The position numbers were made by a program, and so were the translations under genes. The notes under the pieces are model-generated. The model did not search any database. It was not told the DNA's origin and saw nothing but the letters and a program-made list of their open reading frames with translations. From assembly GCA_964016885.1 (NCBI GenBank), contig OZ024741.1, forward strand, positions 95,976,001 through 96,040,000: a stretch of 64,000 bases of DNA, in the 5' to 3' direction. The stretch comes from Eledone cirrhosa. Taxonomy: Eukaryota. Shown one piece after another: positions 39,364-52,892 of the stretch. The number at the start of each line of letters is the position of its first letter. Within the stretch, counting starts at the first letter, position 1.

Positions 39364-40055
39364 AGCACACAGACACACCCACAAACACACACACTCACGG
39401 AAACAAACACACAAACACATTTTCGTGCACATGTGCAGAACTTCGATTCTGCTTCAGAAACAAGCAACACTTGGAGCAGTTTGTGATAAATTTCTGCTTT
39501 AATATAATTAATCAGATACAATTAAATTACTCAGTAGTAATTAAATCACTCAGTATAATGCTGAGCACTCTCGGCAATCAGTTATTATTATTTTTGTTTC
39601 AGATAATTTTAATAAACTATTTTATTTTCGATTTTGAAAAAATCCCACATTATACTGATTTTTCATTGATTAATTTAAAAAAAAAATTTTTGAGAAGAAA
39701 ATAAGAGAAACACAAAACAATATTTTTTAATGTGAATTACACTTCAATTTATTTTTCTTATATTATAATTTGTTGTGATTTAATATTTAGATTTTTGAAA
39801 AATTATATTTTATTTTACATTCTAGTTTGATATTAATTAGTATTTATTGTAAACAATGGTGAGTAGTATTCGTTTTATATAGCTATTGTTTTATTATTAT
39901 TAGCTTATTGAGGGTGGTGGATGACAGAATTGTTAAAGCGACCGCCTCTCTCTTTACACACGCACGCACATACACACATACACATCACACACACACACGC
40001 GTGCACATACACTCAGACAGACCACACACATACACACATACAGGTATATTTTCTT

Positions 40056-40467
<412 letters not shown>

Positions 40468-40727
40468 TAGAAATATCCCCATGTGAGAAATAATTATTTT
40501 ATTAGAAACGGTTAGCAGCAGAATCAGTAGACAGTTATGCACAGTTATTTGCTTTATTTAGTTGCATCCAACGTTCAAAGTTCAATTCTTGTTATGCCCA
40601 ATTTACCGTCCACCCTTCCGGGGTCAATTCAGTAATTATTCGATTAGATTGATTAAAATGTGTAATCAATAACAATTAAATATTGAAACTATACCAGAAA
40701 TCATCATTATTATTTTATAGTTTATAA

Positions 40728-40940
40728 GGGCGGTGGATTGGCAGTATCAGTAGAGAGTCAGATACCATACTTTGGCCTAAAGTTATGGCCCTTTACGTTC
40801 TTAGTTCAAATCCCGCCAAGGTTGACTTTTGCCTTTCATCCTAACGGGGGTCGTTAAAATAAAATACCAGTAACACACTGAGGTCGATTTAATCGACTTC
40901 CCACAAAATTGCTGGCCTTGTGCCTAAATCAGAAACCAGT
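40728..40940 (+). mobile_element. SINE family A, full length
   Basis: GGGCGGTGGATTGGCAGTATC head, AGTTCAAATCC B box, GCTGGCCTTGTGCC tail. Confidence 0.9.
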
Positions 40941-41099
40941 ATTGTATTGTTTATAGTTCGGTGAAGGAGATAGGATCGGTAGAGTCGGACAAATCACTTT
41001 GTGGCATTAGATGAGTGAGAAGTGGTAGAATGTCGTATAAATTGCTTTCTGTTGATGGATCCTTTGGTTTCAACGATAAGCATTCAATTGTTTGATTAA

Positions 41100-41390
41100 A
41101 TAAACGGCCGGCTCATTAGTTAATATCTGAGTGGTTGAGTACTTCATTAGTACCTCATGTGAATATTAAGAATAATTCTCAGGTAGATTCAGCGTGGCGC
41201 TAACATATGACAAAACGACCCTTTGAGTTACAAGTACAATCCATCCTACGAGCTTCTATACAGTTCCTGTCTGCACAACCTCGCTCACAAGTCTTGAGTC
41301 AACCCGAAACTATGGTAATGACACATAAACAAGCTGTCACGCGATGGGATCGAACCCGAGACCTCATAATTGTGAATCGAACCTCTTCGA
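41100..41390 (-). mobile_element. Decayed fragments of tRNA-derived SINE family B or a relative
   Basis: Blocks resembling the reverse complement of 45600-45720; GGGATCGAACCC B-box complement. Confidence 0.5.
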
Positions 41391-41600
41391 CAGTCGATGG
41401 ATGACTCAGTAGGGTTGGGGGACAAATTGTTTTGTAATATTTAATTACGTCCATTTACCTTCTGGGTGTAATTGCCCTAATGTCGACTTTTTCTTTCGCC
41501 CACGAAGGTCCCATAAAAATAAATACAAATAAAGTATCAAGGTCTTTAAATCAACCATACTCAACTTAAATTCGTAGTTCTATGCATATTAAAAAAAATT

Positions 41601-41935
41601 TTCTTCTTCTTCTTCTTCTTCTTCTTCTTCTTCTTCTTCTTCTTCTTCTTCTCGCACTTATTCCTGAGAGTGGGCAGAGTCCTCAAATACTCCTTCCGGC
41701 GGGTCCTGTCAGAAGCAACCGTCTCAAACTGATCCGGCTGGATCCCCAAGCGAGACCAGCCACGCTCATGGAAGTTATCCAACCATCTTTCTCGGGGTCT
41801 ACCCTTGTTTCTCCTACCGGTTGATTTTGCCCATACAATTTATCCAGCGATTCTTTCCCGTGACATTCTAATCACATGCCCATAGCACAGGAGCTGAGAT
41901 CTCTCAATTCTTAGAATTAGCGTCTCTACTTGGAG
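41601..41935 (-). mobile_element. RTE-X-like LINE 3' fragment with (AAG)n tail
   Basis: IERSQLLCYGHVIRMSRERI..GRRNKGRPRERWLDN..VASDRTR followed by (AAG)n. Confidence 0.75.
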
Positions 41936-41979
41936 TGATTGGTATTTCTTTTTCTAAGATTCTGCCATTGTATTAATCT

Positions 41980-42185
41980 GTTAGTTGGTAGAATTAGTAG
42001 ATTTTGCGGTATTTAGGTACAACCTTTTATATCCCGAGTTCAAACCCTACCAATGTCGATTTCTATTTTCATCTCTTCAGTGTCGATAAAATAAAGTGAC
42101 TGCAAAGAAAGAACTGGGTGGTTTAATCGACTGATCCTCTCTCCCTAAATTTGATACACTGTACGTATGTTAGATATCATTATCC
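41980..42185 (+). mobile_element. Decayed SINE family A
   Basis: GAGTTCAAACCC and TTTCATC..GTCGATAAAATAAAGT. Confidence 0.7.
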
Positions 42186-42199
42186 CTGAAATGAATTTC

Positions 42200-42640
42200 T
42201 GTCGCTTTTGACGATGAGTGCTCCAGTTGTTACACTAATGGAACAGCCTGCTCATGAAATTAACGTTTAAGTGGCTGAAACTTCCACAGATACGTGTTTC
42301 CGTAGCGTAATTCTCTGGAAGATTCAGCATAACACATTCGGTGTTAAGGCTGGTCCTTTCAATTACTGGTACAGTCTGTTCGATGAGTTTCGAAACAGTC
42401 TCCATATACCCATTGTCACTTACAAGGCATGTGTCGTGGGTTCAATTCCCGGAACGTGTGTTGTATTCTTGAGTGAAAAACTTCATTTCACGTCGCTCCA
42501 GTATATTCAGCACTAGATGGGGGACCAACCCTGCGATGGACTTGCGTCTTGTTTAGTGTTGAGTCTTGTATTCTTAGTCACTTAAAGCAAAGGGAATCGG
42601 TTTAAGCACAGACCTAATAAGAATTAGGCCAGATAGCCTT
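42200..42640. mobile_element. SINE family B fragments (3' part on - at 42200-42380; head/core on + at 42420-42640)
   Basis: GGAACAGCCTGCTCATGAAATTAACG (complement of ~45695-45720); GGGTTCAATTCC..GTATTCTTGAG..ATTTCACGTCGCTCCAG. Confidence 0.65.
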
Positions 42641-43096
42641 TAATGTTTATTTCTCTTTATAAGTGTTCTGGGTTCAAATACTGCTTCGATAAGCTTCGAT
42701 GTTTTTACTTCCAGAAATGCACAAAAGTCAAAATATATTATTTATCCCTTCTAAAGATTCAATCAATCCTTCTAAAACCTGTAACCAAATGAGATCGTAG
42801 ATACAACGTTACTAATTACCTGATAATGAAGCAAATTATACTGAGTTCCGTGTTACTAATAGCAAATATTACTAATAATGTTCTAAGTAAATATTGCAGT
42901 GATATTAGTGGGGGTGTGGGGGTGTGAATTGTACAGATATTGTGTAGCAAATAACCTAATGTATTGTTGTGTATCGAATGACACGCCTCTATTAGTGTAT
43001 ATTTGGTTTACACATATCTGAACTCGATACATTGAAGAACGGTTCTATTGATCAATCGCCTGTATTAAAAAGTATTATTACTACATTTGGTATTAA

Positions 43097-43862
43097 GTGG
43101 ATTGGCAGTATTGGTAGAGGGTCAGACGCCATGCTTTCCAGCATAGAGTTACGGCCCTTGCTATTCTGAGTTCAAATCCTGCCGAGTTTAACTTTGCATT
43201 TCATCCTTACGGGGTCGATAAAATAAAGTACCAGTAATGCACTGTGTAATTGCTGGCCTTGTGCCAAAAGTAGAAACAATTATTACTACATTTGAGAGCG
43301 GTGTACAGAATGGTTAAGGTGTCAGACAGAATGTTTAGTATTTAGTTACGACTACATTCTCAGTCAATTTTGTCTTTCATCCTACAGGAATCGATAAAAT
43401 AAAGTATCGGGTAAATATAGGGGTCAATTTAATCGAGTTTCCCCTCTCCCAAGATTGCTGGCCTTGTGTTTATATTAGAAAGTCTGTTAGAAACTATTAT
43501 TAGAAGAGTTGAGGATGATGGATTGGCAGAATCGGTAGAGCGTAGGACAACATTCTTCGTAGCATAGAGTTATGGCCCTTTACGTTCTGAGTACAAATCC
43601 AGCCAAGGCTAGCTTCGCCTTTCATTTTTCGGGGTCGATAAAATACATTACCAGTAACGCACTGGGGTTAACTTAATCGACTTTCTCCATCCTCAAAATT
43701 GTTGGCCTCGTGCTTAAATCTGAAATCATTATTAGTATAGTTGAGGGCGGCGGATTGGCAGAATCAGTAGAGCGTCGGACACCATGCTTTGTAGCATAGA
43801 GTTACGGTTTTTTACGTTCTGAGTTCAAGTCCTGCCGAGGTTAACTTTGCCTTTTATCCTCA
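43097..43862 (+). mobile_element. Four head-to-tail SINE family A copies (43097-43284, 43295-43482, 43513-43733, 43745-43862)
   Basis: Repeated GGATTGGCAG heads and GCTGGCCTTGTG-like tails; first copy has 16-bp TSD ATTATTACTACATTTG (43074-43089 / 43279-43294). Confidence 0.9.
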
Positions 43863-44714
43863 GTATAGTACTAGGACATTGGCTCGGCAGAACAATTAGA
43901 AAGTCGAATAAAATTTGCGGCAATGTACCTCTGTTAGAAACAATAAATACTACACACCTGGACGTTTGTTTCGATTGCACTCCACCACAGCTGCATATAA
44001 ACCAGTAATGATACACTAGTAATTGTGGTGCATAAGAATTCCACCTGATTTAATATAAAATCGAAACTAGATTGCTTACATATTGCTCTGTTGCTTTCAT
44101 TGCACACGAGCGGGCACACGCACAAAACCCTACATACACATAAACACGTATAAACATGTATACACTAACATACATACTTAAATACATACATATACTAACA
44201 TACATACTTAAATACATACATATGTACATACATTCATACGTTCATACATTCATACATACATGCATACATGCATGTATACATGCATACATACATACTTGCC
44301 TACATACATACATACATGTCTACATGCCTACATACATACATACATGCCTACATACATTCATACATACATTCATACATACATTCATACATACATACATGCA
44401 TGCATACATACATACATGCCTACATAACACACACACATTCGCACAAATTCACGCATGCGTACACTACTATATTGATAATGTTAAGAAATCTTCACCAATT
44501 ATTCTATATATAAATCCACATTAACACATGCATACACACAGCCGTTAACTGGAGATGAAACTATTATATTAAGTAAGGAATCTATCACTGCTCCAAAGCA
44601 ACAGATCTATCACCATAGCACTTCTCAGCAGTTGCCAATCCAAAGTGTTATCTATTTAGCTAATACACTTCTCACTTCGATAAAACGTGTTATTTATGCA
44701 AATCTTATTTGTCT

Positions 44715-44810
44715 AAAGTGGATTCACAATCTTGCGGTTGTGAGTTCGGTTCCTGGACCGAGTGATGCGTTATGTCCTTGAGCAAGACATTTTATTTCAC
44801 GTTGCTCCTT
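44715..44810 (+). mobile_element. SINE family B head/core fragment
   Basis: GTGAGTTCGGTTCC..TGTCCTTGAGCAAGACATTTTATTTCACGTTG. Confidence 0.7.
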
Positions 44811-45448
44811 CTACCAGGAGTTGCGACCGATAGATAGTATTAGCAACTGGAAAGACCGACGAAAACTTTGTTTGCTCGGTCCGATTTGACGAAAGTCGAT
44901 CGATCCTTTATTTGTCTAGGACGTCAATTGTAATTATTTGACACAGCACAAAAAAGAAAGCAATATGTAATCGTGTTAATAATTATTATAGAAGAACCTC
45001 AGGTAATCGAGTTATGTTATCTAATGGAGGATCGCTAGTTCGTATTCTATCGCCACTACTTCTCTGTGCCCAAAGGGTTACATTTTCAATAAATTGACCT
45101 TGTTTCTCCATGAAAACATTCTTATATAATTCAGAATAACTGAATTTGGGTGTGTGATCTTCGATGAAGACTCCAATTAGTGTCAAAAGAAATACATCTG
45201 TGGTCTGACAACACCTTTTCTCTCCACGTAGAAATGAAAGAATATATTTGTTTATACTTCCGTAGATTATCTGATTACACACCACAGCAATGGCTAAGAT
45301 ATGTACAGTTTATCGTTGGATATACCTTATCATATATTTCACATTATGGGACATTGGCTGTTTTTTACATCATAAATTAATATAACAAATACAAAAAAAT
45401 GAACAAATAAACGAAGAAGAAATGTATTGGTCACATGTATAGTATGAA

Positions 45449-45790
45449 CGCGCATGGCTTTGTGTTTAGGTATTCGGCGCATGATCGTAAGGTCGTGAGT
45501 TCGATTAGCAGCGGCGTGTTTTGTCCTTGAGCAAGACTTTATTTCACGTTGAACCATTCCACTCAGCTGGCAAAAAATGAGTTAAACTTGTAATTCGAAG
45601 GGTCAGCTTTGTCACATTCGGTGTCACGCTGAATTTCTCTCCCTGAGAACCACGTTAAAGGTACGTGTGTTTGTGGAATGCTCAGCCACTTGCACGTTAA
45701 TTTCACGAGCAGGCTGTTCCTTTGATCATATGAACAGCAATATTCATCGACGTAACCGACCGAGTGTCACTACTACTACTACTACTACTT

Positions 45791-45843
<53 letters not shown>
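45449..45843 (+). mobile_element. tRNA-derived SINE family B, near full length, with (TAC)n tail
   Basis: Head GCGCATGGCTT..TTAGG, B box GAGTTCGAT, CORE-like TGTCCTTGAGCAAGAC, then (ACT)n. Confidence 0.8.
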
Positions 45844-45844
<1 letters not shown>

Positions 45845-45875
45845 TATATAGTATACTGTTACACATATAAAGATA

Positions 45876-46120
45876 CTAGATGACATCCAAAAGAGGACCA
45901 TCCACTTAATTGGCAATGATTCACTCGCTAACACATGAAAGTCATTAGCTCGTAGATGTATAGTTTCTCCTATTTGCCTCTTTATATGGTTACAACAATG
46001 CTTTTCTAAACAAGCTAATTACATAGACCCATGCCTACCAAATGCTACAATTTCACCACTGTCTCGCCCCTATCCAGATATGACACGAAACACTTCACCC
46101 AATTCGTCTGCTAGTGTACT
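45876..46120 (+). mobile_element. CR1-like LINE C-terminal fragment
   Basis: LDDIQKRTIHLIGNDSL..SLARRCIV..CLF resembles the LD.IQ.RA.RLI..L.SL..RR.V..L.LFY motif. Confidence 0.55.
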
Positions 46121-46208
46121 GTAACCTATACGAGTTCAATCTTGGTATGGATAAGTTTGTACTGAATATCAGTCACACGAATCGCACCCGTTTACAAGAA
46201 GATATATA

Positions 46209-46912
46209 CAGTGTGTCCATAAAAGTCTCTTTACAATTTAAAAAAACATTACTATAAAAGTGGATTGGCAGTATCGGTAGAGGGTCGGACGCCATGCTTT
46301 GACGCATAGAGTTACGTCCCTTCCCATTCTGAGTTCAAATCCCGCCGAGATTAACTTTGCCTTTCCTCCTTACGGGGTCGATAAAATAAAGTACCAGTAA
46401 TACACTGGGTAATTGCTGGCCTTGTGCCAAAAGTAGAAACAATTATTATAAAGACAAATGAACAGACAAATATGTGGAAATTATTACAAAATGAGGAGTA
46501 GATATTGAAGTTTCATTTAACTAACTTAATACACCTCTATATGGGTACCATTAGATGCACGAAGCACATCAAGACGATTTCTTGCCATGTTCAGTGACAT
46601 AATATAATAACATCAGTGATCTTTTCCTTTAGATCAGTGATGTCTCGTATCTTTGTTCGATACAGGATATCTTTAACATAACCCCATAGAAAGAAGTCCA
46701 GGGGAGTGATATCTGGTGAACGAGGTGGCCAGGGAATTACCTTGATCTTTTCATTGAATATGTGGCACCACAACTAGATGTCCTTCAGCCAACCATCATT
46801 TTCCAGCAAGATAGCGCACCACCACTTTGGAGACTGCATGTTTGTCTTGTTCCTAAATCAAACATTTCCAGAACAGTGGATTGGGAGAGATGGCCCAATT
46901 CCCTGGCCACCT
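46209..46912 (-). mobile_element. Tc1/mariner-superfamily transposon relic (terminus TA-CAGTGTGTCC), interrupted by a SINE, with an internally inverted segment
   Basis: - strand IPWPPRSPDITPLDFFLWGYVKD; + strand IIFQQDSAPP / FLNQTFPEQWIGRDGPIPWPP. Confidence 0.85.
46259..46447 (+). mobile_element. SINE family A nested in the Tc1/mariner relic
   Basis: Canonical head, B box and tail; near-identical flanks ATTA(C/T)TATAAA. Confidence 0.92.
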
Positions 46913-47134
46913 AGTCCAACAAAAACCAAACCATCACTACACATAAATGTTGTAGGAGAAAGCAGTAATCTTGTAGCATTCAGCATTTTTCATCTATAAT
47001 AAGCATTGCATATTAACATAGAAGCATACACACATTACACACACATATAAATACACATACACAAGTACACACATATATATATTTATTTATTTATATATAT
47101 ATATATATACATATATATGCTTATATATATAGAA

Positions 47135-47214
<80 letters not shown>

Positions 47215-49069
47215 TTGCACACACACACACTTACATACACGTACTTACATAGCATTGCCAGGTTAATGATGGATGTTAGATGTAGTATTGCTGAATAAAC
47301 ATTTTGTCTGGAATCTCCTTTGAAATCTCTTTTTTTTTTTCTCTTCTCAATCCCGCCAAATCATTTCATCCGTAACTTCCGCTTTTAACATACTTCAGCT
47401 ACAGGCTACTATATGTCTCAGACGTAACGTGGAATAAATGTGGCATGGCAACACAGCGTTGTTATAGTATCGTAAATTATAGCGCAATTTATTTTATACG
47501 CCTCGTTTAGAAAGTGTGTGATGTGCATTAAGAGACCTAGGAATGATTACACGAACTGTAGTTATCTGTTTAACTCTAATTTGTTCCATAGAAAAATGTC
47601 TCGGTGTTCATATGTGTATGAGAATACACATGTTCTCTGCATAGTGGCTCCACACAGTATACATATAAATATATGTGGGGGTATGTGTATAAGAATATTT
47701 AATGTACGTGTATGATTTCTCTTCTAGCCTTGTTTAAATATAATAAAAGTAAATAAATAAATGGATCGTATGTCAGTTTTAATGATTGGTATTCCAGTTG
47801 TTCCATCAATAATACAGCCTACTCATTGAATTATAGTGTAAATGGCTGAGTATTTCTCAGACTAATGTACTTTTAACATATTCCTCAGGCAAGATCAACG
47901 TGGCCCATGCATCACAATACACGAAGGAGGCTTTCGTATTACAGGCACATTTTATTTCAAGCCTCGCCACAGTTTCTGTTGTTCTTTGTGTTCCTTGTTT
48001 TTTTTTTCAGTGGTTATTATAGCAGTTGTTTCTTTTCCTTTTGTTGTTGTTTATGCCCTGGTTTGTGGATCTGTTGTTATCGTGGTTGTGGGTTTCGTTC
48101 TTTGTGCTGTTCCTGATGTTGTTGTGGCAGTTAATCTATCGAGTAGCTGGCTTGTGGATAAGATACAAAGATTATTTTGGTGGGTTTCAAACTCATAACC
48201 TAAAGATAAGTAACTAAATACCAGGAAGAATTTGTCCGACACAATAGCAATGCTGTCAATCCATCAACAATAATTCAACGAATGATAGAAGTATCATAGC
48301 ATGATGAAAGTGTAAAACATACGAAAATCCAGAGAACAGCCAGTCAAATATCTGAGTTGGGTGTGTTTTGGTGTGTAATATCGCATGTTCAGAAACAAGA
48401 GAAAATATTACGCATAGACACATACAAAAGATACGCTTTTGCAATGAATATATATTAAGGCATATCACACAGACACACATTAGATCATGCATACGCACAT
48501 GATGACTGTCCTCTCGTGACTGAGGAAAGCCTTTACAGATTATTAAAAGAATAATGTTTTTAGAAGTGGCTCTTGAATATTACAAAATTACACAAAAGTG
48601 TATTCTGATTTGTATCTTTAATACACCAATAGATTTGCTGACATTCCCATGTACACTGCATGTTAAGCAATATACTGTAATGAACAAACTGTAGTCAACA
48701 TTTTGACTGACCTTATGCATTTGTTGGTGATTGATATGACCAGTTTGGAAATATGTATACAAATATCCCGAAACAAGTTTATGCTATCCACGTCGCAAAT
48801 TGCGCGTTTCCGTGCATTTTGCTTAAATTCTGTATAAGGAATGCATGCTTTTTAAATTACATATGCCCGAGCCTTTAGCTATTTACTCCATTGGTGGCAA
48901 TGAAAGCACTTATTTATTGCAAATGCATTTAAATAGGAATTTACTTGGCATTTGAGACTGAAACGGGGTTCATGCCAGGAACGTTTTATGCATTCAAGCT
49001 CACTATATAGAATCAGCTCCCGGTTCATTCGTTCGTACAATGTGCATACAAAAATACACGAATACATAT

Positions 49070-49582
49070 GCATACATACATACATACATACATACATACA
49101 TACATGATGGTTGCAACTCAATTTCGCGTAATGCCATCACTTGATACGTAAGCAGGGACTTACCTATGGCTAGCAACCTAATGTATTCCCCCCCCCTCCC
49201 CAACAAAAATGTCAAATATAAAGCGATACTTGTGCTTGAAGCTTTTTTTAAGTGAGAAAAGAAGACACGATCTACATGATTAGAAGCAGACGAAGTCGTA
49301 GGTTTTATATCAGTGACATTCTCCTAGAGAGATATCTTAATGAAGGCTAGGAGCCTCTCGCTCCACAAAATAAAAAAATTCTATTGGTTGGCCGTCGACT
49401 TTCCTGAATTCATCCGCCCTTTGACGGGTTTTGTTTTTCATCTCGCAGGGTGTCCAAATTCATTCACCCTCCTCATCAAACAAGCTCCGTGGGGTTGCCA
49501 GTTTAGTCGCCGATGACTCGACGATGGACAGGTTGTACTTGGTTACATGTTACCAGTCAGTAGCACTGAAGAACGACCTGAC
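49070..49582 (-). mobile_element. RTE-derived non-autonomous element with (ATGT)n tail
   Basis: GGTTGCCAGTTTAGTCGCC, CCGCCCTTTGAC and ACATGTTACCAG are reverse complements of 18281-18440 blocks. Confidence 0.72.
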
Positions 49583-49599
49583 ATCCATGCATACGTACA

Positions 49600-49890
49600 T
49601 ATACAATCCATTAATGGAACAGTAAAAATATGTAAAACATTCCAAACATTCTGCATCTGATAACTGCATATTCGATTGTACAGATACAAATCACATACAA
49701 CTCAAACCATACACATCCACAGATACAATAACATCCATACCTGCACGCATATGCATGTATACATATCTACCTAGTTGATGTTGTGTAAATTCCAATGAGA
49801 GAGTCTTGCATCTATGTTAAAAACCGGCTCTCCCTCTAGTGGCCAAAATTTGTGAAATTATAAAACCAGAAGAAACATACATACATACAA
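49600..49890 (+). mobile_element. R4/Dong-like 3'-UTR fragment ending in (CATA)n
   Basis: ATCTACCTAGTTGATGTTGTGTAAATTCCAATGAGAGAG...TTATAAAACCAGAAGAAACATACATAC, same as 38188-38310. Confidence 0.8.
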
Positions 49891-50126
49891 ACGATAAAGT
49901 ACAAGATCACTGCTGGGGTTTAATCGTCTCTTCCACCATTTCTTCCTCTAAGAAGTGGGTTGTAGCCAAATATAAAAAGGTATGGGCACTGACAGATTTA
50001 AAATGCCCACAACGGCGCCGTTATGACTACATTAAGAGTTATGAAAAAAGTGAAAATGATACACAAGCACTGCCCCCCCCCCCCCACACATCCACACACA
50101 TCCACACACATACACGCATACACATA

Positions 50127-50224
<98 letters not shown>

Positions 50225-50306
50225 AATATATATATATATATATATATATGTTATATAGTTCAAGAATAAACAAGTCAAACACGTATATATATATATATAT
50301 ATATAC

Positions 50307-50782
50307 TACAATAAAGAGAGACAAACACAGATATATATATATGCGTTCAAATCACAAGGTACGTAAACCGCCAGGGTGAAGGAAATACTGACTAAAGATA
50401 ATACGGTTCACAACACAATTAAAAGGATAAATAAAGATTTACAAACTGTTTATGACAATTTCAACATCCAGGCAGATTTGAGTAGAACTGTTTCGGTATT
50501 CAGTGGAGAGAGCTAGAGATCCCATGCTCATCAGTGGATGTTTGGATCAGTAAACACTCCACTACTAATTTCCTTAGAAGGCTAAATAATGCGCATTTGT
50601 TAAGAGAGAGAAATCGTACATGGTATCGCGTGTCTAGCGAGTTGAATAGAATGTAAACTACTAAAAAAATAGCAGCTAGATCCATTCAACATTAAAAGCT
50701 CAACAAAAGCGTAGGAGCTCAATTTATGAAAAGTAGCCCAAGAAAAATTTTTTTCCGACCCTTATAATACAATAAAGAGAGA

Positions 50783-50790
<8 letters not shown>
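50307..50790 (-). mobile_element. Hammerhead-bearing non-coding element with 23-bp terminal direct repeat
   Basis: TACAATAAAGAGAGACAAACACA at 50307-50329 and 50768-50790. Confidence 0.65.
50463..50542 (-). ncRNA. Type-I hammerhead motif with U16.1>C
   Basis: AACATCCA-CTGATGA-G..C-GAA-ACAG(12-nt loop)CTGC-C-TGGATGTT; 8-bp stem I. Confidence 0.62.
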
Positions 50791-50876
<86 letters not shown>

Positions 50877-51677
50877 CGAGGTGTGTCAGAAAAGTTCCAG
50901 GACTGATGTCACAAAAGATTTATTTCAAACCCAAACTTCACACTATAAGTTTTCTCCTTCAAAGAAATCCCCCTGGAGTATGTAATCCCCCTGGAGTATG
51001 TAACTGTAATCTTAGCTCTCTGCAGCGATCAAACTTTTTTCTTCATAATTTTATATACATGACCCCTGTTTCAGGTCGTCAAGCAATGAGCACAGAGCAA
51101 TGAACAAACTTGAAGTTTCTGGTACGGTTGGGAAAAACTCCGTCAGAAGCACTGGGATTGCTGCATCGTCTCAAGATGAGACGATGTCATGTTCACGTGT
51201 TTTTGAGTTGTGCAAGATGACCCCCAGGACTGAGGTCAACGTTGAGCGCGTCAGGCAGATGGTGCGTAGTGATCGTCGGCTGACTGTTCGACTGATGGCA
51301 AATGAGCTGGGCATGAATCGGGACAGCGTCCGGAAGATTCTCACTGAAGATTTGGACATGCGGAAAGTCTGCACAAAGATGGTGCCAAAACTGCTGAACG
51401 ATGACCAGAAGAGTCGACGCATGAAAGTGTGCCAGGACATCCTCGAGGGTCTTGAAACCGAACCAAACTTGCTAGAGACAGTCATCACCGGTCATGAGTC
51501 ATGGATCTTCGAGTAGAAGAATCCTTCCAGGAGTGCATGCAAGCGTGGCAGAAAAGGATGGAAAAGTGCATTAGAGTCCAGGGAGATTACTTTGAAGGAG
51601 AAAACTCTTAGTGTGAAGTTTGGGTTTGAAATAAATCTTTTGTGACATCAGTCCTGGAACTTTTCTGACACACCTCG
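50877..51677 (+). mobile_element. Internally deleted mariner-like element, perfect 69-bp TIRs, TA TSD
   Basis: TIRs 50877-50945 / 51609-51677; transposase pieces DRRLTVRLMANELG..KMVPKLL..ITGHESWIFE then WQKRMEKCIRVQGDYFE*; most of the catalytic domain is missing. Confidence 0.95.
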
Positions 51678-51684
51678 TATACAT

Positions 51685-52500
51685 TAGGGTGAGCCTTAGC
51701 AATAGGTAGAAAGTTGCTCCCACCCTCTAATCCTGTTTTAATAAAAAAAAAAACAAGGAGTGTGCAAAATTGCAGCTCAATCGGACAACTGTTAGGTGAC
51801 CCTCAAACGCCTTGAATTTGGAACATAGTATACGCAACGATTAATTCTGTTGAAAAGCGGTAACGACCATTTTCTTTTTTCTTCTTAGAGAAATTTATGT
51901 GGGCACATCCAGGCAACCCCAGAAAATGTTTAAAAACGTTCTGAATGAAGTTTATCAATAGTTAATTTGAAAAATTCCTGAAATAACATGAAAAACTTAA
52001 GAAATATTAGGGTTCCTGAATAAAGCACAAAACTTCTATAGGTGAAACGCATTTTTATTTACATATATTGAATTTTTATTTCTATATATTGAATATTTAA
52101 CCTTATTTTTGTATAAGAGAGGATTTAGTGGCAGTTGGGTATGTTTTACGGTTTTTGGTAACGATCTGTAAAACAAATTGTTTCTCAGTTTCATATTGTA
52201 ATCCTGAATGAATTTGACAGCTCTTTCTGCAACATCATTCACAACAACTGTCTTCTCAAGTTTTTCAAGTCCACTTTTGTAACCAGGATAATCTTTCCAT
52301 GTTGAAGGGTCTTTGTCGAGGAAATCGGTGCTGATAGAATATCTTGTGAAGAACGTTTTTGTACCAGGAGATACAAAAGACGAAAGCTCGATGTTTTTGA
52401 AGGGAGAAAAGTAATTTTGGTGCAGAATGTACCGCTTCAGTTGATTTTTTTTCTTGTTCCTCTTCTTCATATTTGCCTGCTTCTAGCATAACTTGCTAGA
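51685..52500 (-). mobile_element. DNA transposon 3' end, probably hATm-like
   Basis: Terminus TAGGGTG; ORF 52036-52470 FLDKDPSTW..VVNDVAERAVKFIQDYN; family assignment from memory of the motif. Confidence 0.6.
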
Positions 52501-52509
52501 AGCAGACAA

Positions 52510-52892
52510 ATGCTCTCCTTTTCTCCTTTTCTTCTTGCTCTACTTGCTCTCCTTTTCTCCTTGCTCTCCTCTTATCCTTGCTCTTCTTTTCTCATTGCTC
52601 TCCTTGCACTCCCTTTCTCCTTACTCTTCTTACTCTCCTTGCTCTCCTTGCACTCCTTTCCTCCTTGCACTCCATTTCTCCTTGCCCCCCTTGCACTCAT
52701 TTTCTCGTTGCTCTCCTTACACTCCTTTTCTCCTTGCTCACCTTGCTCACCTTGCTCTCCTTGCTCTCCTTGCTCTCCTTGCTCTCCTTGCTCTCCTTGC
52801 TCACCTTTTCTCCTTGCTCTCCCTTTCTCACTTCTCTCCTTGCTCTCTTTTTCTCCTTACTCTCATTTTCTCCTTGCTCTCCCGTTCTCCTT
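52510..52892. repeat. Pyrimidine-rich minisatellite, 9-bp unit CTTGCTCTC
   Basis: Direct reading; perfect units around 52750-52800. Confidence 0.9.

Noticed and set aside
44986-45285. 99-aa minus-strand ORF in apparently unique sequence
   Set aside because: No recognisable motif and no strong splice sites; length within chance expectation
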